Assembly: GCA_023231475.1 (NCBI GenBank)
Contig: JALJEE010002820.1
Location: 1 to 34,811 of the forward strand
Origin: Seison nebaliae
Lineage: Eukaryota
Length of the DNA stretch: 34,811 nucleotides
Direction: 5' to 3'
A model generated the notes under the pieces. The model saw nothing but the letters and a program-made list of their open reading frames with translations, was not told the DNA's origin and made no database searches. Shown here piece by piece: positions 22,927 to 34,484 of the stretch; position 1 is the first letter of the stretch, and the number at the start of each line of letters is the position of its first letter. The position numbers were made by a program, and so were the translations under genes.

Positions 22927-24108
22927 TTAAAAATATCTTTCTTGGAGATATCCCAACCACATTTTGAAATCTTTCAAATAATTCTTGAACGATCGTTTTG
23001 TTGAGGACTTATCGTGAATATGTTTGTAGAATTTGGTGAATGCCAATTTCCTCATTTTGAAACCGATTTGTGCATTCAGTGATTGATCTCGTGTATCTGC
23101 CAGTTTGCGCGCTAAAATTAACCAGTCGAATTGTCCATCGTAAGAATATTGATTAATGTTAAATAAATGGCGGAAGATATATCGAACATAGTTATAATCT
23201 GGTCGTTGCATAAAACCAAGATGTCGAACATAATTTGATAATATCGTAAATTCGACAGGAAGCGATTTACATAGTACATCAGGAGGATATGATGCTTTCA
23301 ATTCCGCTATTTTCTGATATCTTTGATTTTTCGTATTAGCTGCAATACCTTGCCATGGCAACTCACCTTTCAATAAATAAATGAGAACATAAATTAATGA
23401 TTCAAAATCATCACGTCTTGCATGATCTGTACCGCGATGTGTCGTTAATGATATGTATCTGGGAGTTCCCAGAAGTACACCACGTGATCGATTAGGTACA
23501 TGAGCTAAACCTAGACGAATATCGCAATATTTCTTTGACAGACCAAAATCGATGAGATAAACTTTACAATACTTCGAATTGATGCCCATAAGGAAGTTGT
23601 CCGGTTTCAAATCTCGATGGACGTATTCGGCATCATGCAACAATTGGACGCGACATAACATTTGTTCAAATAAGAGTAGAACAGTTTTGAGAGTAAATTT
23701 CCTAAAACAGAAATTGAATAAATCTTCCACCGACGGTCCCAACAACTCCATAGTTAAATAATCATTTCCTTCAATGTTACCGAAATAGAAGATTTTCGGT
23801 ATTCCCAAATTGCCTTTCAAAGTCGAAAGAATCTTCCTTTCAACTTGAAGTTGTCGATAATTACTCGATTCCTTCTCTACTTTAATGGCGCAGCATCTTT
23901 CGACAACTTTTCCCACTTCATATGGATCTTGTGCCGGTTCCAAATCTCTACATAGATACACATCTCCAAACGTTCCGCTAGCAATATGACGTTCCAACTT
24001 AAATCGACCATTACTCTCACCACCAAATCTCATCAACTTTTTCTTCTTATACCGCCAAGTGAGTGTAGCAATGTTGTGTCCGGTGTCCGTTATATCATTC
24101 TGCATCAT
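22927..24108 (-). CDS. Casein kinase 1 family protein kinase, intronless
   Basis: SGTFGDVY, AIKVE, MELLGPSVEDLFNFC.RKFTLKTVLLL, HRDLKPDNFLMG, DFGLSKKY, GTPRY and LPWQG; catalytic residues intact. Confidence 0.95.
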   Translation of the reverse strand: MMQNDITDTGHNIATLTWRYKKKKLMRFGGESNGRFKLERHIASGTFGDVYLCRDLEPAQDPYEVGKVVERCCAIKVEKESSNYRQLQVERKILSTLKGNLGIPKIFYFGNIEGNDYLTMELLGPSVEDLFNFCFRKFTLKTVLLLFEQMLCRVQLLHDAEYVHRDLKPDNFLMGINSKYCKVYLIDFGLSKKYCDIRLGLAHVPNRSRGVLLGTPRYISLTTHRGTDHARRDDFESLIYVLIYLLKGELPWQGIAANTKNQRYQKIAELKASYPPDVLCKSLPVEFTILSNYVRHLGFMQRPDYNYVRYIFRHLFNINQYSYDGQFDWLILARKLADTRDQSLNAQIGFKMRKLAFTKFYKHIHDKSSTKRSFKNYLKDFKMWLGYLQERYF

Positions 24109-24879
24109 TCTTTCACTTCAAGTTATTTAATGAGAATCACTTCGTTAGTATTGTTTCAATGTTAATCTTAGTTTTCAATTTCAATTCCAATTTAATCATT
24201 TCTTTTTCAACTCACCCATTTGAATATCTCTTTCATAGTGTCTGCAATTGATCTTCCTAAAAATGTTCGTAATAATTCTAGCGATATCGACATAATTTCT
24301 TATATCGTCTACAGTTTTTCTTATACAGTTATTTCATTATATATCAAATAATTAAATCATAGTCCATTAATAAATAAAAAATTAATTCTTTAATCACAAT
24401 CCATATCTTTATTTTTCTTACAAGACCTTCCTTACATTGTTGTTAGTTTAACCATCGATCTTCGTTGTCTCTTTTTTTTTAAATTTTATTTCTTATTAAA
24501 AAATTTTTAAAAAAGTTACATTATTCTCCAACTTATCCTCACAGGATATTCAATAATAAATAATAATAATAAACAGCATATCATATACTTATTTCAAAAT
24601 TGTAATGTTCATCCACGACTTTGTCCATCGTTTGTTTGTCCTTGCTGATAACATTTAAAGAAAAAGATTCCAACATGACAGTTGGATAATTCCAGGTTTG
24701 ACATTGGATAATTATGAACTAAAGTGACATCGAATTTCCTGTGAACATTTGACATTTATTCCCATTTCACCTCTCTTCAATCCTATTTTATCTGATCGCC
24801 TTCTACATTTCAATACGTTTCACGATAGGTAGAGATCTCCTATCACTGACCGTAAGGTAGGAGATCGATCAATTAATAT

Positions 24880-25260
24880 TAAATTGCCCAGATTGGGAAC
24901 GTCTCGGATAATTGAAGGAATTATTCTACAATGTTTGGACATATTTCTGTTGTGTATTTGTACAATCTAATATATTTATCGTATGATGTTGAACCAAATT
25001 CATAAGAAATCGTTCTGTGAGAGATCGATGTGCTTAAATCGGAAATATAATAATAATAATTATTATTTTTTATGTTCATAATGTTGCGACAAGAACTTTT
25101 CAAACTGGTCCTGTTAATTATAATCCATGAATCTAAAATGATAAGACTCGATTCCTTTGTACATTTTGAGCAAATTATCCAGACTTGATATTGATCCTAT
25201 AAATATAGAGTATGTACCGAGGATAGGTAAATGAATGAGTCTGATGCATATTTGGAGACT
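24880..25260 (+). mobile_element. Possible highly decayed Ty3/gypsy RNase H fragment
   Basis: Interrupted peptides TSRIIEGIILQ (cf. DASxxGIGAVLxQ) and INIEYVPR..NESDAYL (cf. IxYxPGxxNxxADALS) in the right order; weak similarity. Confidence 0.3.
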
Positions 25261-27318
25261 TTTTGACCATTCATGGTGACATACCTATTCCAATATAATT
25301 ATACACAATGTAGAAAGTTTAATTCAGCGGCGCTAAAATGATTGTAATCTAAATCTGCTTATAAATTTTACTTCTTTTTAATTCATTTTTTTAACATAAA
25401 ATTTCGTTGTCACATTTTTTAAAGAAGTTTCAACATTGTGCATTAAAACTGATTTATTAATTTGTTTCTTTTATGACAAGTATGAATATTGTATATGTTT
25501 GTCAATGATGTCCAACCGTTCGATATCCGATCTAATCAACCAATTTATACGCACTATAAATTTGCACTATAATTATTAGGGTGAGCACGCTGTGACCATT
25601 TTATTAACATTAGTAGAAGTGGAATGAATTATTGAAATAATTTTTCATGTTTTTTCCACCTACAACAATTTTTTTTATCACTTAATCTTGAACGAAGTCA
25701 TAGATTGACTCACGATGAAACGAAGGGAGATAAGAACAAAGCGATTCAATCTTTTTAGTTAGTGTTTCTATTTACAAGTGTTAGTGTAAGTGTTTATTGG
25801 AATTGATGGCCATATCGTCATCATATATATAATATCACACTGATTGAACTATAAGTTTTAGGTTTTATTATGGGCTAAAAGCCGCTAACGAATTACTAAA
25901 GATAAGATAAGATATTATGTAAACCAAAACTCATTTCAATTTTCAAATGATTTCAACGGGAAAGTAATTTACCTGAAGAAGAATTTCTATAATTTATAAT
26001 GAAAATATATTTTCATTAAATATCTAAAGATTTATATATTTATCTAAATATTTTATTTTAATTTCATAAATCGTATAACAATATGAATTATTTAGATGAT
26101 GATCATTGATATCAATAACAAATTATGAACCGAATGCATGCAATTGAATGATATATTGATGGTCCCATAAAATAATTTTCTTATCATTTCTGTATTAACG
26201 ATTCCCAATGGCATTGGATGAGGAAATGAATGCGAATCTAACCATTTTTTGTTTTTCTTTTTATATTTCCTTCTCTAGTTCTCTTCGTTAGTCATTTTTT
26301 CTTAGTCTCTTATTAACCTTGACCGATCCGCCAACATCTACTTGTGTCATATCTTTCGTCGTATTATGAATTCTTCTTCTTTTATCCAATGACCAGGAAC
26401 GTAGTGGAAATAATTACATATTCCATGGAAATAACCTATATATCGAGATAGTTCTCTCTTAACATCCTCCTTCCATAACTAGGATGAGTTATACAATTCT
26501 TATTTTTACCATTAATTCCTAAATGATGGTTTGAATCGACATCCACCGATCAGTAGCCAAACGAATAAAGCGACAATCTCATTATGATAATGATTAATGT
26601 TAGCTGATAATCGAAATCTATCATGTGGATCTTACCAAGAAAAATGATTTTATTCGATAACATCAAAGCGACTGATATACAGTAATGTTTCTTCAATAAT
26701 CTTCTTTCTTGACTTATCGATTCAAAGATTATGAATTCGAATAAAACATGTTATTCAAAATAGATTATTTGGACGTTAATGGAAAAAATTCCATTTATCT
26801 TTTTTCATTTTCATCCAATTTCTAATACCAATTTTTGTTTTTCGAATTGCAAATCTTTTATTGAAACTGGACAACAATAAGGCCTTTTATGATTTTATTA
26901 TTTAATACCAATTTATATTTAATTGTTACATATCTCACCTTTCGAGTAAGAAATTTTTCGATAGTTATGAAGAAGAGAAATTATAGTTTTTTTAGAAATA
27001 ACTTTTCCTTGGTGAAATTTAAAATTTTTTTCCAACATCCAAATTTGGGCTTTAACCGACTTTTAACACCAACGACCGAAATGATCAACGGCCCATGTTG
27101 AGCCCGTTAATTGATCGGCAATTGACTTTTTAGTCGTGAACTTAAATCGAACTCCGAATTTATTTCATGTTACTCCCGTTCCCAACCAAACATTTATAGT
27201 TTGAGGTTATTTTATGTAGGAAGAAAATGAACAGATGTGAAGTTTTATTACTTTAATATAAACACAAAATATTGCAATATTGTGTTTTGATATTTTATTA
27301 TGTATTCAAATGAGCGTT

Positions 27319-28629
27319 TTATTTCTTTAGCATTGCACAAATTTTACGGATATCTCCCATGTTCTTAATGATGGAACGAGTAATAGTCTGAGGTTTTTGA
27401 TAGGTGAAAAATTGACTAGTATTCAGTTGTGTTGAAATGAGAACGAGTTTATTCTTCGATTCAGACCAACTTTTTAGTCGTTGAAGTATCAGATGTATCA
27501 TTAAGCGAATGAAAGAGATAATATCGGATAGTTCCATACTTAATCTCTTTTTGAACTGAAAAGAATTTTGGGCCTTCCCATATACAAATTGTAGTTCGGA
27601 CATTTTATTAAATTGTGCTTCTTGCAACTGATCGAAAAAGGTTGGAAATGCTAGATACTTCCCGTCTAAATATCTGAGGTCTTCCCGTTTACCTTGAACT
27701 TTTTTCGACAAAGAAATTTTCTGACGATGGATATACGCCACGGAATTTAATATCATTATAACTGATTCTCTTTTCGGCCTATTCCTTCCCAATAAACTCA
27801 TCGGCTTTATTTCACATTTGGATGAGGTCATTGGATGAACGGTAATCGTCCTCACATCAATCCGACTGACAGCCATTACTGGTAATTGAATTTCCATATT
27901 TGAATTTTCTAGTAACAGACGTTCCTGACTGGAGAAGTTGCACAAATTATAATAATGTCTACTTAAAGCTCTATTGATTTGTTTCACCATTTGACGGCCA
28001 TCTTTATCTGCCGATTGGAAATCAAATTGTGACTTATCTCTGATGGTAGTCGCCGTCGTTAAATTACTTTTTTCAACCAAACACTGTCTCATTAAGTTTC
28101 GAATGTCTGAAGTTAATTCATCACATACGAACTTATATAAATCTTTCAAATAATCTGTCGTGCGATTTTTTATGTCAATCTTCGTCAAGAGAGACATATA
28201 GAGAATTAAATGATCTTTTTTCGATGACGACTGTCTATCCATCATTTTGACTTGATCATCCAATAATTCCAGTTTCTTTTTAATATCATCCAACTTCTGT
28301 TGCTGCAACATGATCCGATAATTATATCCATTCATTTTCGACGTATAAGTATTTTTTGTTTGTAAGCAAACTGTTCGTTTACCTGTTTTACTTATGAAAT
28401 CATTGTCCTCTCTCAATGTACGATTTCTTTCCTTCAGCTTAAAAACTTCCACATTCAAATGGAATCTTTGCTCTTCACATATCTTCATTTTTTCTTTTCG
28501 ATCATTCATCAAAATGGCTAAATGTTTCTCCTCGTTCAACATTAGTGATTTCAGGTAAGTCAATTGTTTCACCATGACTTTCCCGCAAGCACCTGAATCG
28601 AAATCAATTTTAGATTTATCTCCGCTCAT
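27319..28629 (-). CDS. Coiled-coil protein, possibly of the outer dynein arm docking complex (CCDC151/ODAD3-like) family
   Basis: 436-aa ORF, heptad-rich; weak resemblance LAILMNDRK..FKLKERNRTL to ODAD3 IQLLEGDRK..QLRxENKxL. The ORF is well supported; the family call is tentative. Confidence 0.6.
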   Translation of the reverse strand: MSGDKSKIDFDSGACGKVMVKQLTYLKSLMLNEEKHLAILMNDRKEKMKICEEQRFHLNVEVFKLKERNRTLREDNDFISKTGKRTVCLQTKNTYTSKMNGYNYRIMLQQQKLDDIKKKLELLDDQVKMMDRQSSSKKDHLILYMSLLTKIDIKNRTTDYLKDLYKFVCDELTSDIRNLMRQCLVEKSNLTTATTIRDKSQFDFQSADKDGRQMVKQINRALSRHYYNLCNFSSQERLLLENSNMEIQLPVMAVSRIDVRTITVHPMTSSKCEIKPMSLLGRNRPKRESVIMILNSVAYIHRQKISLSKKVQGKREDLRYLDGKYLAFPTFFDQLQEAQFNKMSELQFVYGKAQNSFQFKKRLSMELSDIISFIRLMIHLILQRLKSWSESKNKLVLISTQLNTSQFFTYQKPQTITRSIIKNMGDIRKICAMLKK

Positions 28630-29116
28630 TTCTAATCAAAAATGAATTTTAAATTAACTAAACCACTTTCTTACCGTTCCTTCTTAATAATCTCCATATA
28701 TAAACTATTTTCCATCATATATAAAATCGGATAAATTTTCTTTCTACTTTTCCCCACAAACATTTTTTATTTGACACCTTAAAAAACAGAAGATATTTCC
28801 CTAGTGACAGAAATAGGAAATGCCAAATTTGTGATTCTCATGATTAATAGGATGAAGGTAGGAAAGCAATTGCTTTAAATGATTTTCATGTGATGATTAT
28901 GAATGTGATCATGATTATGGACTATTTTGATGTAATTTACAATAACAAATTAGTCATGATACTTATTAAATCTTATCATTAATAGGAGTTATGAAAAATG
29001 AATGTGGGTATATGATATACGTGGAAGAGAGTTCAAATTTTATTTGTGAAATATTTCTAAAGATTTTGTTTATCCCACTTGATTAGAGATGCGTTATTTT
29101 CCAGAAGAATGACCTC

Positions 29117-31219
29117 TCAATTAGCGGAATGAAAAAAGATTGGAGGAGCAGAATAATCTTCATATGGAAAATAGTTGAAGTCGATATCTCGGAAATATTG
29201 AGTACGTTTTACATTTTCCGAACCGTTGATACCATAACCGAGTCGTGCACGAACTAATCGACGCAAAAGTCGTTTAAGGAATTCGTTTAATATTTTAATG
29301 TCATCATTCGTTTCTTTCGGTAGTTTGATATCTTCATAACAAATTTTACTCTTCAATAAGTTCACTTGAGTCATATGTAAATATTTTTCGAATGGATTCT
29401 GAGAGGAAAATATTAGAATTTAGATGATTGAAAATTAAAGATAAACCAGTCCCGTATACATGAGATAAATCAGAATACCGAGAGACCAATAATCGCAACT
29501 GTTGTCAAAGAAGAAATTGAAGAGAACCTCCGGCGCAATAAATGTATAATCAGAAATATCAATATGACAAAGATCGTTCGATGTTCCTCTCGAATTCCAA
29601 TGGAAATTGGATAAGGAATATTTGAAATCGGTTAGTATTGGATAATTGTTGTTTGTGAATCGAATGGATTCGGGTGAGAGACAAACGACTGATATATTCC
29701 TCTTATGTAAGTACATGATGGCGAGAAAGATGTGAGCCGCATAAACTTTGGTGACTTTATAAGAAAGTCGTTTGTAATTCTCCAATACATTCTTCAATGA
29801 GAATTGTGAGTATGATTTCATTATTAGATAATAGTCGTTATCACAACGTCCGTTTAATAAGATGGTTGGAAAGAGATTATCATTATTCGTACACTTGTTC
29901 AATATTTTTAATTCCTTCTCATAAATTAGTAGTTCTTCAGGTTTGTTTTCGAATTTCTTAAATGACACTAGACCATGTTTGGGATGATAAGCTAAAAATA
30001 GCTGAAAAGATATTTAAAAAATATTTTCGATTGATGTTCTAACTATATCTGTTCCCTCCATTTTCGTTACACTATTAAAATCGTGCAAGCTAATCGGATT
30101 GACGACGGACAAATCAACTTCTTCGTCTCCTAAATGTTCGTTGTCAGTTGTCGGAGTATTTTCCAAGTTAATTTGTATGTCGAATTCAAATCCTTCGGTG
30201 GAACGATTGAAAGGATCATAAGAATTCTAAAGAGAACCTTTCGCTTCCTGCCAATAATATTTTCTGCATTTCTCCAATTTCTTCCTACAAAACTTTCTCA
30301 TTATCATCAATCTTTTAGGCAGTTTCTTCGTTTCGACGATATCGCAAATTTTATGTAGAGCTTCTTGGAATAAGAGTTCGCGAAGATAAACCTTTTCAAT
30401 TGCGTGCACTAAAAAGTTTCTATCTGAAGAGAAATCTAAGAAATGAAAAAAGACAGTTCGATAACTTTCAATGTCTCTGTCTATCGTTGTAATGGATGGG
30501 GCGTCAGTCATCACTCGATGTCCATGTTCCAATTGTATTGATTCTCTTATGCCGTCCATGTTTGTCTCGCCCATCACTATCGTATCGTCATGACAAATGA
30601 GTTGTGGCATTTCGCTCTCATACGATGTCAATTGTTTTCTGCAGATTTTCGATTTCCTACGTTCTGTCGTTACTAATGCCTGTTCGAAACTAACGAACAA
30701 ATTATTTTTAATACTATTCTCTTCAGATTCACCACAAGAAATATCATCCGAATATTTCCTGGTTATCATATCAGCGATCATAGTTTTATAATTGGAATCC
30801 ACTTTCTTCACGTCCCTCAACACACAGAAAGATTTTGTGTTATTTATTTTTGTGGATCGATTCGGACTAAACTTCTCCTGTTGAGCAATCCATAACGATT
30901 GATTCTCTCCTTTCCCTTCTTCGAATTTATATGCCACCGCCAAATCTTCCATACAATCGATGACAGATATTCCCATTTTCGAATTCGATCTCGTATCAAA
31001 CAACGTATTGAGAGAACGATCGCTGAGCGTTTTCTCTTCCTGTGTGAAAGAATCTTTCATATCTTCATCCTTCTCCATTACCGGTATGGAAATCTTCTTC
31101 ATGTCCAATGTGCCGAACGATGTTGGCTGAGAAATAAATGTTGATCGCGGTTCGGATAACGAACGTTGTACATCCTCTAATCCACTCGATCTGCTACATT
31201 TATTATAGCTACAGTTCAT
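29117..31219 (-). CDS. AGC-like pseudokinase with a long low-complexity N-terminus, 4 exons
   Basis: Exons 31219-30238, 30192-30044, 30001-29447 and 29398-29117 join in frame via GTT introns of 45, 42 and 48 nt. Kinase fold motifs YAAHIFLAIMYLH, LTDF, FIAPEV, DYWSLGILIYLMYTG.NPF and YFRDIDF. Confidence 0.82.
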
Positions 31220-31512
31220 GATGAAAGTAAATCAAGTTAAAAGGCATTTAACTAAATTGTCTTTCATTTCAATTTCCCTCTCCTTATATCCAATCGCCGA
31301 TGAAATGATTTTCCCGTTTCATCCATAACGAGAAGATAATCTTATTAACAACCAGCTCATTTTCCTCAAGAAATAATTTTTCTTCAACATATTTATAAAT
31401 AACGACCCACTTTTATCAAACGTCTTTCTAAAAAGTTGAACTGTGAAAATAAAAACAAAATTTCAAAAAAATTTCATTAAGTTTCTTTAGATTTTCATTC
31501 AGCATTCCTAAC

Positions 31513-32526
31513 ATGAATGTTAGTGAAGAGTACCTTCAGAAGTATGTTGCAGGTCGTGGGGTCATTTTGGGTTACGCATTTCCGGTGACAATAATTTGTG
31601 GGATCATATTAAATGTTCTATCGATCCTGACAATTCTGTTAAGTACGGAATTGAATTCGAAAACTACATTTCGCTATTTCGCTAAACTGCTGATGGCGGA
31701 CACGGCAATATTGTTGGCTTATATGAAAGAACCGTTCGAATATTGGAATATGTATATTAACGACAAATCGATGTGTAGACTGTTGCATTATTTCCGAATC
31801 GCTTTACATCATTTCTCCGCATTCCTAGTCATTATAACGACAACAGATCGTGCAATACTTATCACTTTATCGAAGAGGACAACACTCCTTCAGAAATTGC
31901 GCAAACCCAAAGCTGAAAAAATCATTTCGGGAACAGCTCTTGTGATTTCACTTCTGTTGTCAATCGACATGTTATTCTACCAAACCGTTACCGTATTACC
32001 AAACGAAACATTCTGCGGATTACCACGTAAGAAAACAGATGAGCATTATAATATTTCACGATTATTATTTGTGATTCATATATGCATTTTCTCATCGGTC
32101 ACTTCGACAATCTGTTTCTTCTTAACTATAATTATCATATGGAAACTAATAAGTCATCAACGTCGACGATCAGGAAATAAACTAAGAATTAAAAATGAAG
32201 TAACCATCGATGAAACGACAACGACAACATCAACGAAAAGGTTTAGACCTAAAAGGAAAGTGACCATTGATCGTCATTATAAAACGTCGATTACACTCCT
32301 TTACATCGTTTTCAGCGTCATCATTCTAAATATTCCAATCGATTTATTCTTTTATTATTATCGAACGGCTCCCTTACCTAGTGAAACAGTTTTCTTTATA
32401 CATTCTACTTGTATTTATGCAGTCATCGTTCGTCACTCTATTCATTTTTTCCAAATGTTTGCTTCTTGTCAACAATTCCGCTCTGCAACCCACCAATTAA
32501 TTGGCTGCACAAAAAGAAGCAATTAA
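31513..32526 (+). CDS. Class A (rhodopsin-like) GPCR, probably a neuropeptide-receptor-like orphan; intronless
   Basis: Seven hydrophobic segments; GIILN (TM1), LMAD (TM2), Cys at the top of TM3, TDRA (DRY variant), ECL2 Cys, LNIP (TM6) and helix-8 QQFR. Confidence 0.9.
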   Translation: MNVSEEYLQKYVAGRGVILGYAFPVTIICGIILNVLSILTILLSTELNSKTTFRYFAKLLMADTAILLAYMKEPFEYWNMYINDKSMCRLLHYFRIALHHFSAFLVIITTTDRAILITLSKRTTLLQKLRKPKAEKIISGTALVISLLLSIDMLFYQTVTVLPNETFCGLPRKKTDEHYNISRLLFVIHICIFSSVTSTICFFLTIIIIWKLISHQRRRSGNKLRIKNEVTIDETTTTTSTKRFRPKRKVTIDRHYKTSITLLYIVFSVIILNIPIDLFFYYYRTAPLPSETVFFIHSTCIYAVIVRHSIHFFQMFASCQQFRSATHQLIGCTKRSN

Positions 32527-32805
32527 TTATTGAATGGATATATGTCTCAAAATTTTTTTACTGCAAAATTTCCCTTTAAATTTTGTCTAGCATTCGGTTA
32601 ATGAAATTCACATTACAATACTTCTTTTCCCTTCTTCAATTCATCTTTTCTTCTATTTTTTGAAGTTCCTTCGTTCATTCCATTCCACTTACTTATCGAA
32701 TCTCTCAAATATTACAATTGAATTATAATAAATTTTAAATATAATAAAATTATCCTGATTTATTTCATGAATATAAAAATATGTAGAAACATCATCTGCT
32801 ATGGT

Positions 32806-32872
32806 AAACGGAACGTATTTCCGATCTTTCTCTTTTCTTCCAAAAATTGATAAAACGGAACGTATTTCCGAT
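32806..32872 (+). repeat. 20-bp direct repeat AAACGGAACGTATTTCCGAT x2
   Basis: Identical copies at 32806-32825 and 32853-32872; may be transposon subterminal repeats. Confidence 0.8.
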
Positions 32873-33334
32873 TTTTTTTTCGCTCTCCTTAAATAACATT
32901 TTCCTTATATAAACAAATAGGACTTATCCGAATCAACGTCATTGACGTTCCATTTAGATCAATTTTAAAAAGTTCTGTAAACTAATAAGTCAATAATAAA
33001 GTCCTAATTTATTCAGTTAAACTACGCAGTTATTTAATCAAGTTATCCGAGTTCCATGCGTTAAAAATTTTACGAATTATGCTTTATTAAATTACTTGAT
33101 CTTTTAAGTAAAATTTTACAAATTTTTGACAAGTTTCTATTTTATTACTGTTTGGGATTGTAAGAATAATTTTTCAAAAACTATTCTAATTTAAAGAATA
33201 AAAAATTCGGAAACTAAATGTCCACCGAAAAATTCCATTTTCCCCAACTGGTAAAAAATTTATGGGAATTTTGTCTTAATAACATAAGTCCTATCACATT
33301 GTATAAGGAAAAGGTCCTTTATGTATAAATACTT

Positions 33335-34213
33335 TTATGCCGAAATACCATCAAACGAAAAACTGAATTTCAAATTGGAAATAAATTCGGAAAAATCGGA
33401 GCGAAATTTAAAATGCTTCCTGAGAATTTTTTCTATCCCTATATAATAATATGATATATCTGTAGAAAATTTTTTGGTTGAGGTTGGAAATAAAGTTCTG
33501 CAACTTTTCGGGAAATTTTTATCGAGAGGATTTAAAACCTTGTGTAAAAGTTCGTCGATAAGTGTGTTCGTTAATTTGTGATCGATGCAAATTCTCTTAA
33601 ATTCATTAATCGGCGTATTTTGTGTTAGGTGATTAGGGGAAGTGGTGCCGGAGTTACGATTGAGTAATGGAAAAGATGAGTTGCATGATAAAAATGAATT
33701 GGATTCGGAAGATGAAAAAGAGGAAGAAGAAGAATGCGATGGAGAGTATGAAGATGTTGGAGATGATGAAGATGAATGAGGATATGAATGAGAATATAAA
33801 GAAGGAAATGAATCAGTATGAGACAACGGAACATCCAAAGTTTCCTCTAAAGATTTTGAGCATTGAAAATGTAATTGCGATTTGATGGCATTTTCAGGAT
33901 CTTTTTCATTGTACGTTGTTTTTTCTTTCTTTAATACGTTAATGATATTTTTCATAATCGCATCCATATTGTCAATTTTTTGAATAATTGAATCAAATTC
34001 TTCATTCACGTTGATTTGTGTTTTTTTAACGAATTGATAATTGTTGGATAACGGATTGGATTTATAAGATATTTCTTCAATATTGCTCGTTTTTGTTCGC
34101 AAAATGTTAATGATGTTTTGTTGAATCTCATGAATATAGTCGACTGTTTGTATAATCGATTGAAATTTTTTGTCCATAATGTTTTTTATTAAATAAAAAT
34201 ATACGTTCATCAA
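33335..34213 (-). mobile_element. Truncated CACTA/EnSpm-like transposase ORF
   Basis: LLHKVL..NFPKSCRTLF..YYYIGIEKIL..LKFSFSFDGI matches the LPKDxRTLL..YxHFGI..IxLxINIDG pattern of animal CACTA-like transposases. The ORF stops just after the first catalytic Asp. Confidence 0.6.
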
Positions 34214-34484
34214 ATATATATGACTCTTTTTATACCTAGGTTAGGTTTACATCTTAAACATTGTAGAAATAATAGTAATTAGACAATTATAATATGATTC
34301 CAATTATAATTATTAATTTATAACAATTAATTGACCAGATTATAAATAAATCAAGCAAGACAATTGCAAGATTGTAATCCTGAGATCGTATCAATTGTGG
34401 CGTAATTATAATTACACACATACAACTATATAAATATGTAGATTAGATTAGAACCTTTAAGATTATTACATAAAAATTAATATC

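Noticed and set aside
27040..27125. Imperfect GC-richer hairpin as a structured ncRNA
   Set aside because: No tRNA, snoRNA or snRNA motifs; probably a decayed MITE, unsupported without copy-number data.
28632..28680. Canonical GTAAG donor upstream of the coiled-coil gene as a counter-example to the GTT rule
   Set aside because: Gives no in-frame coding join, and a GTT donor (28663) is equally available; unresolved without transcripts.
28876..29140. His-rich peptide (HNHDHIHNHH) and a shifted-frame FIPLIE tail as further pseudokinase coding sequence
   Set aside because: No splice path connects them and the frames close quickly; it would need a sequencing frameshift that I cannot verify.
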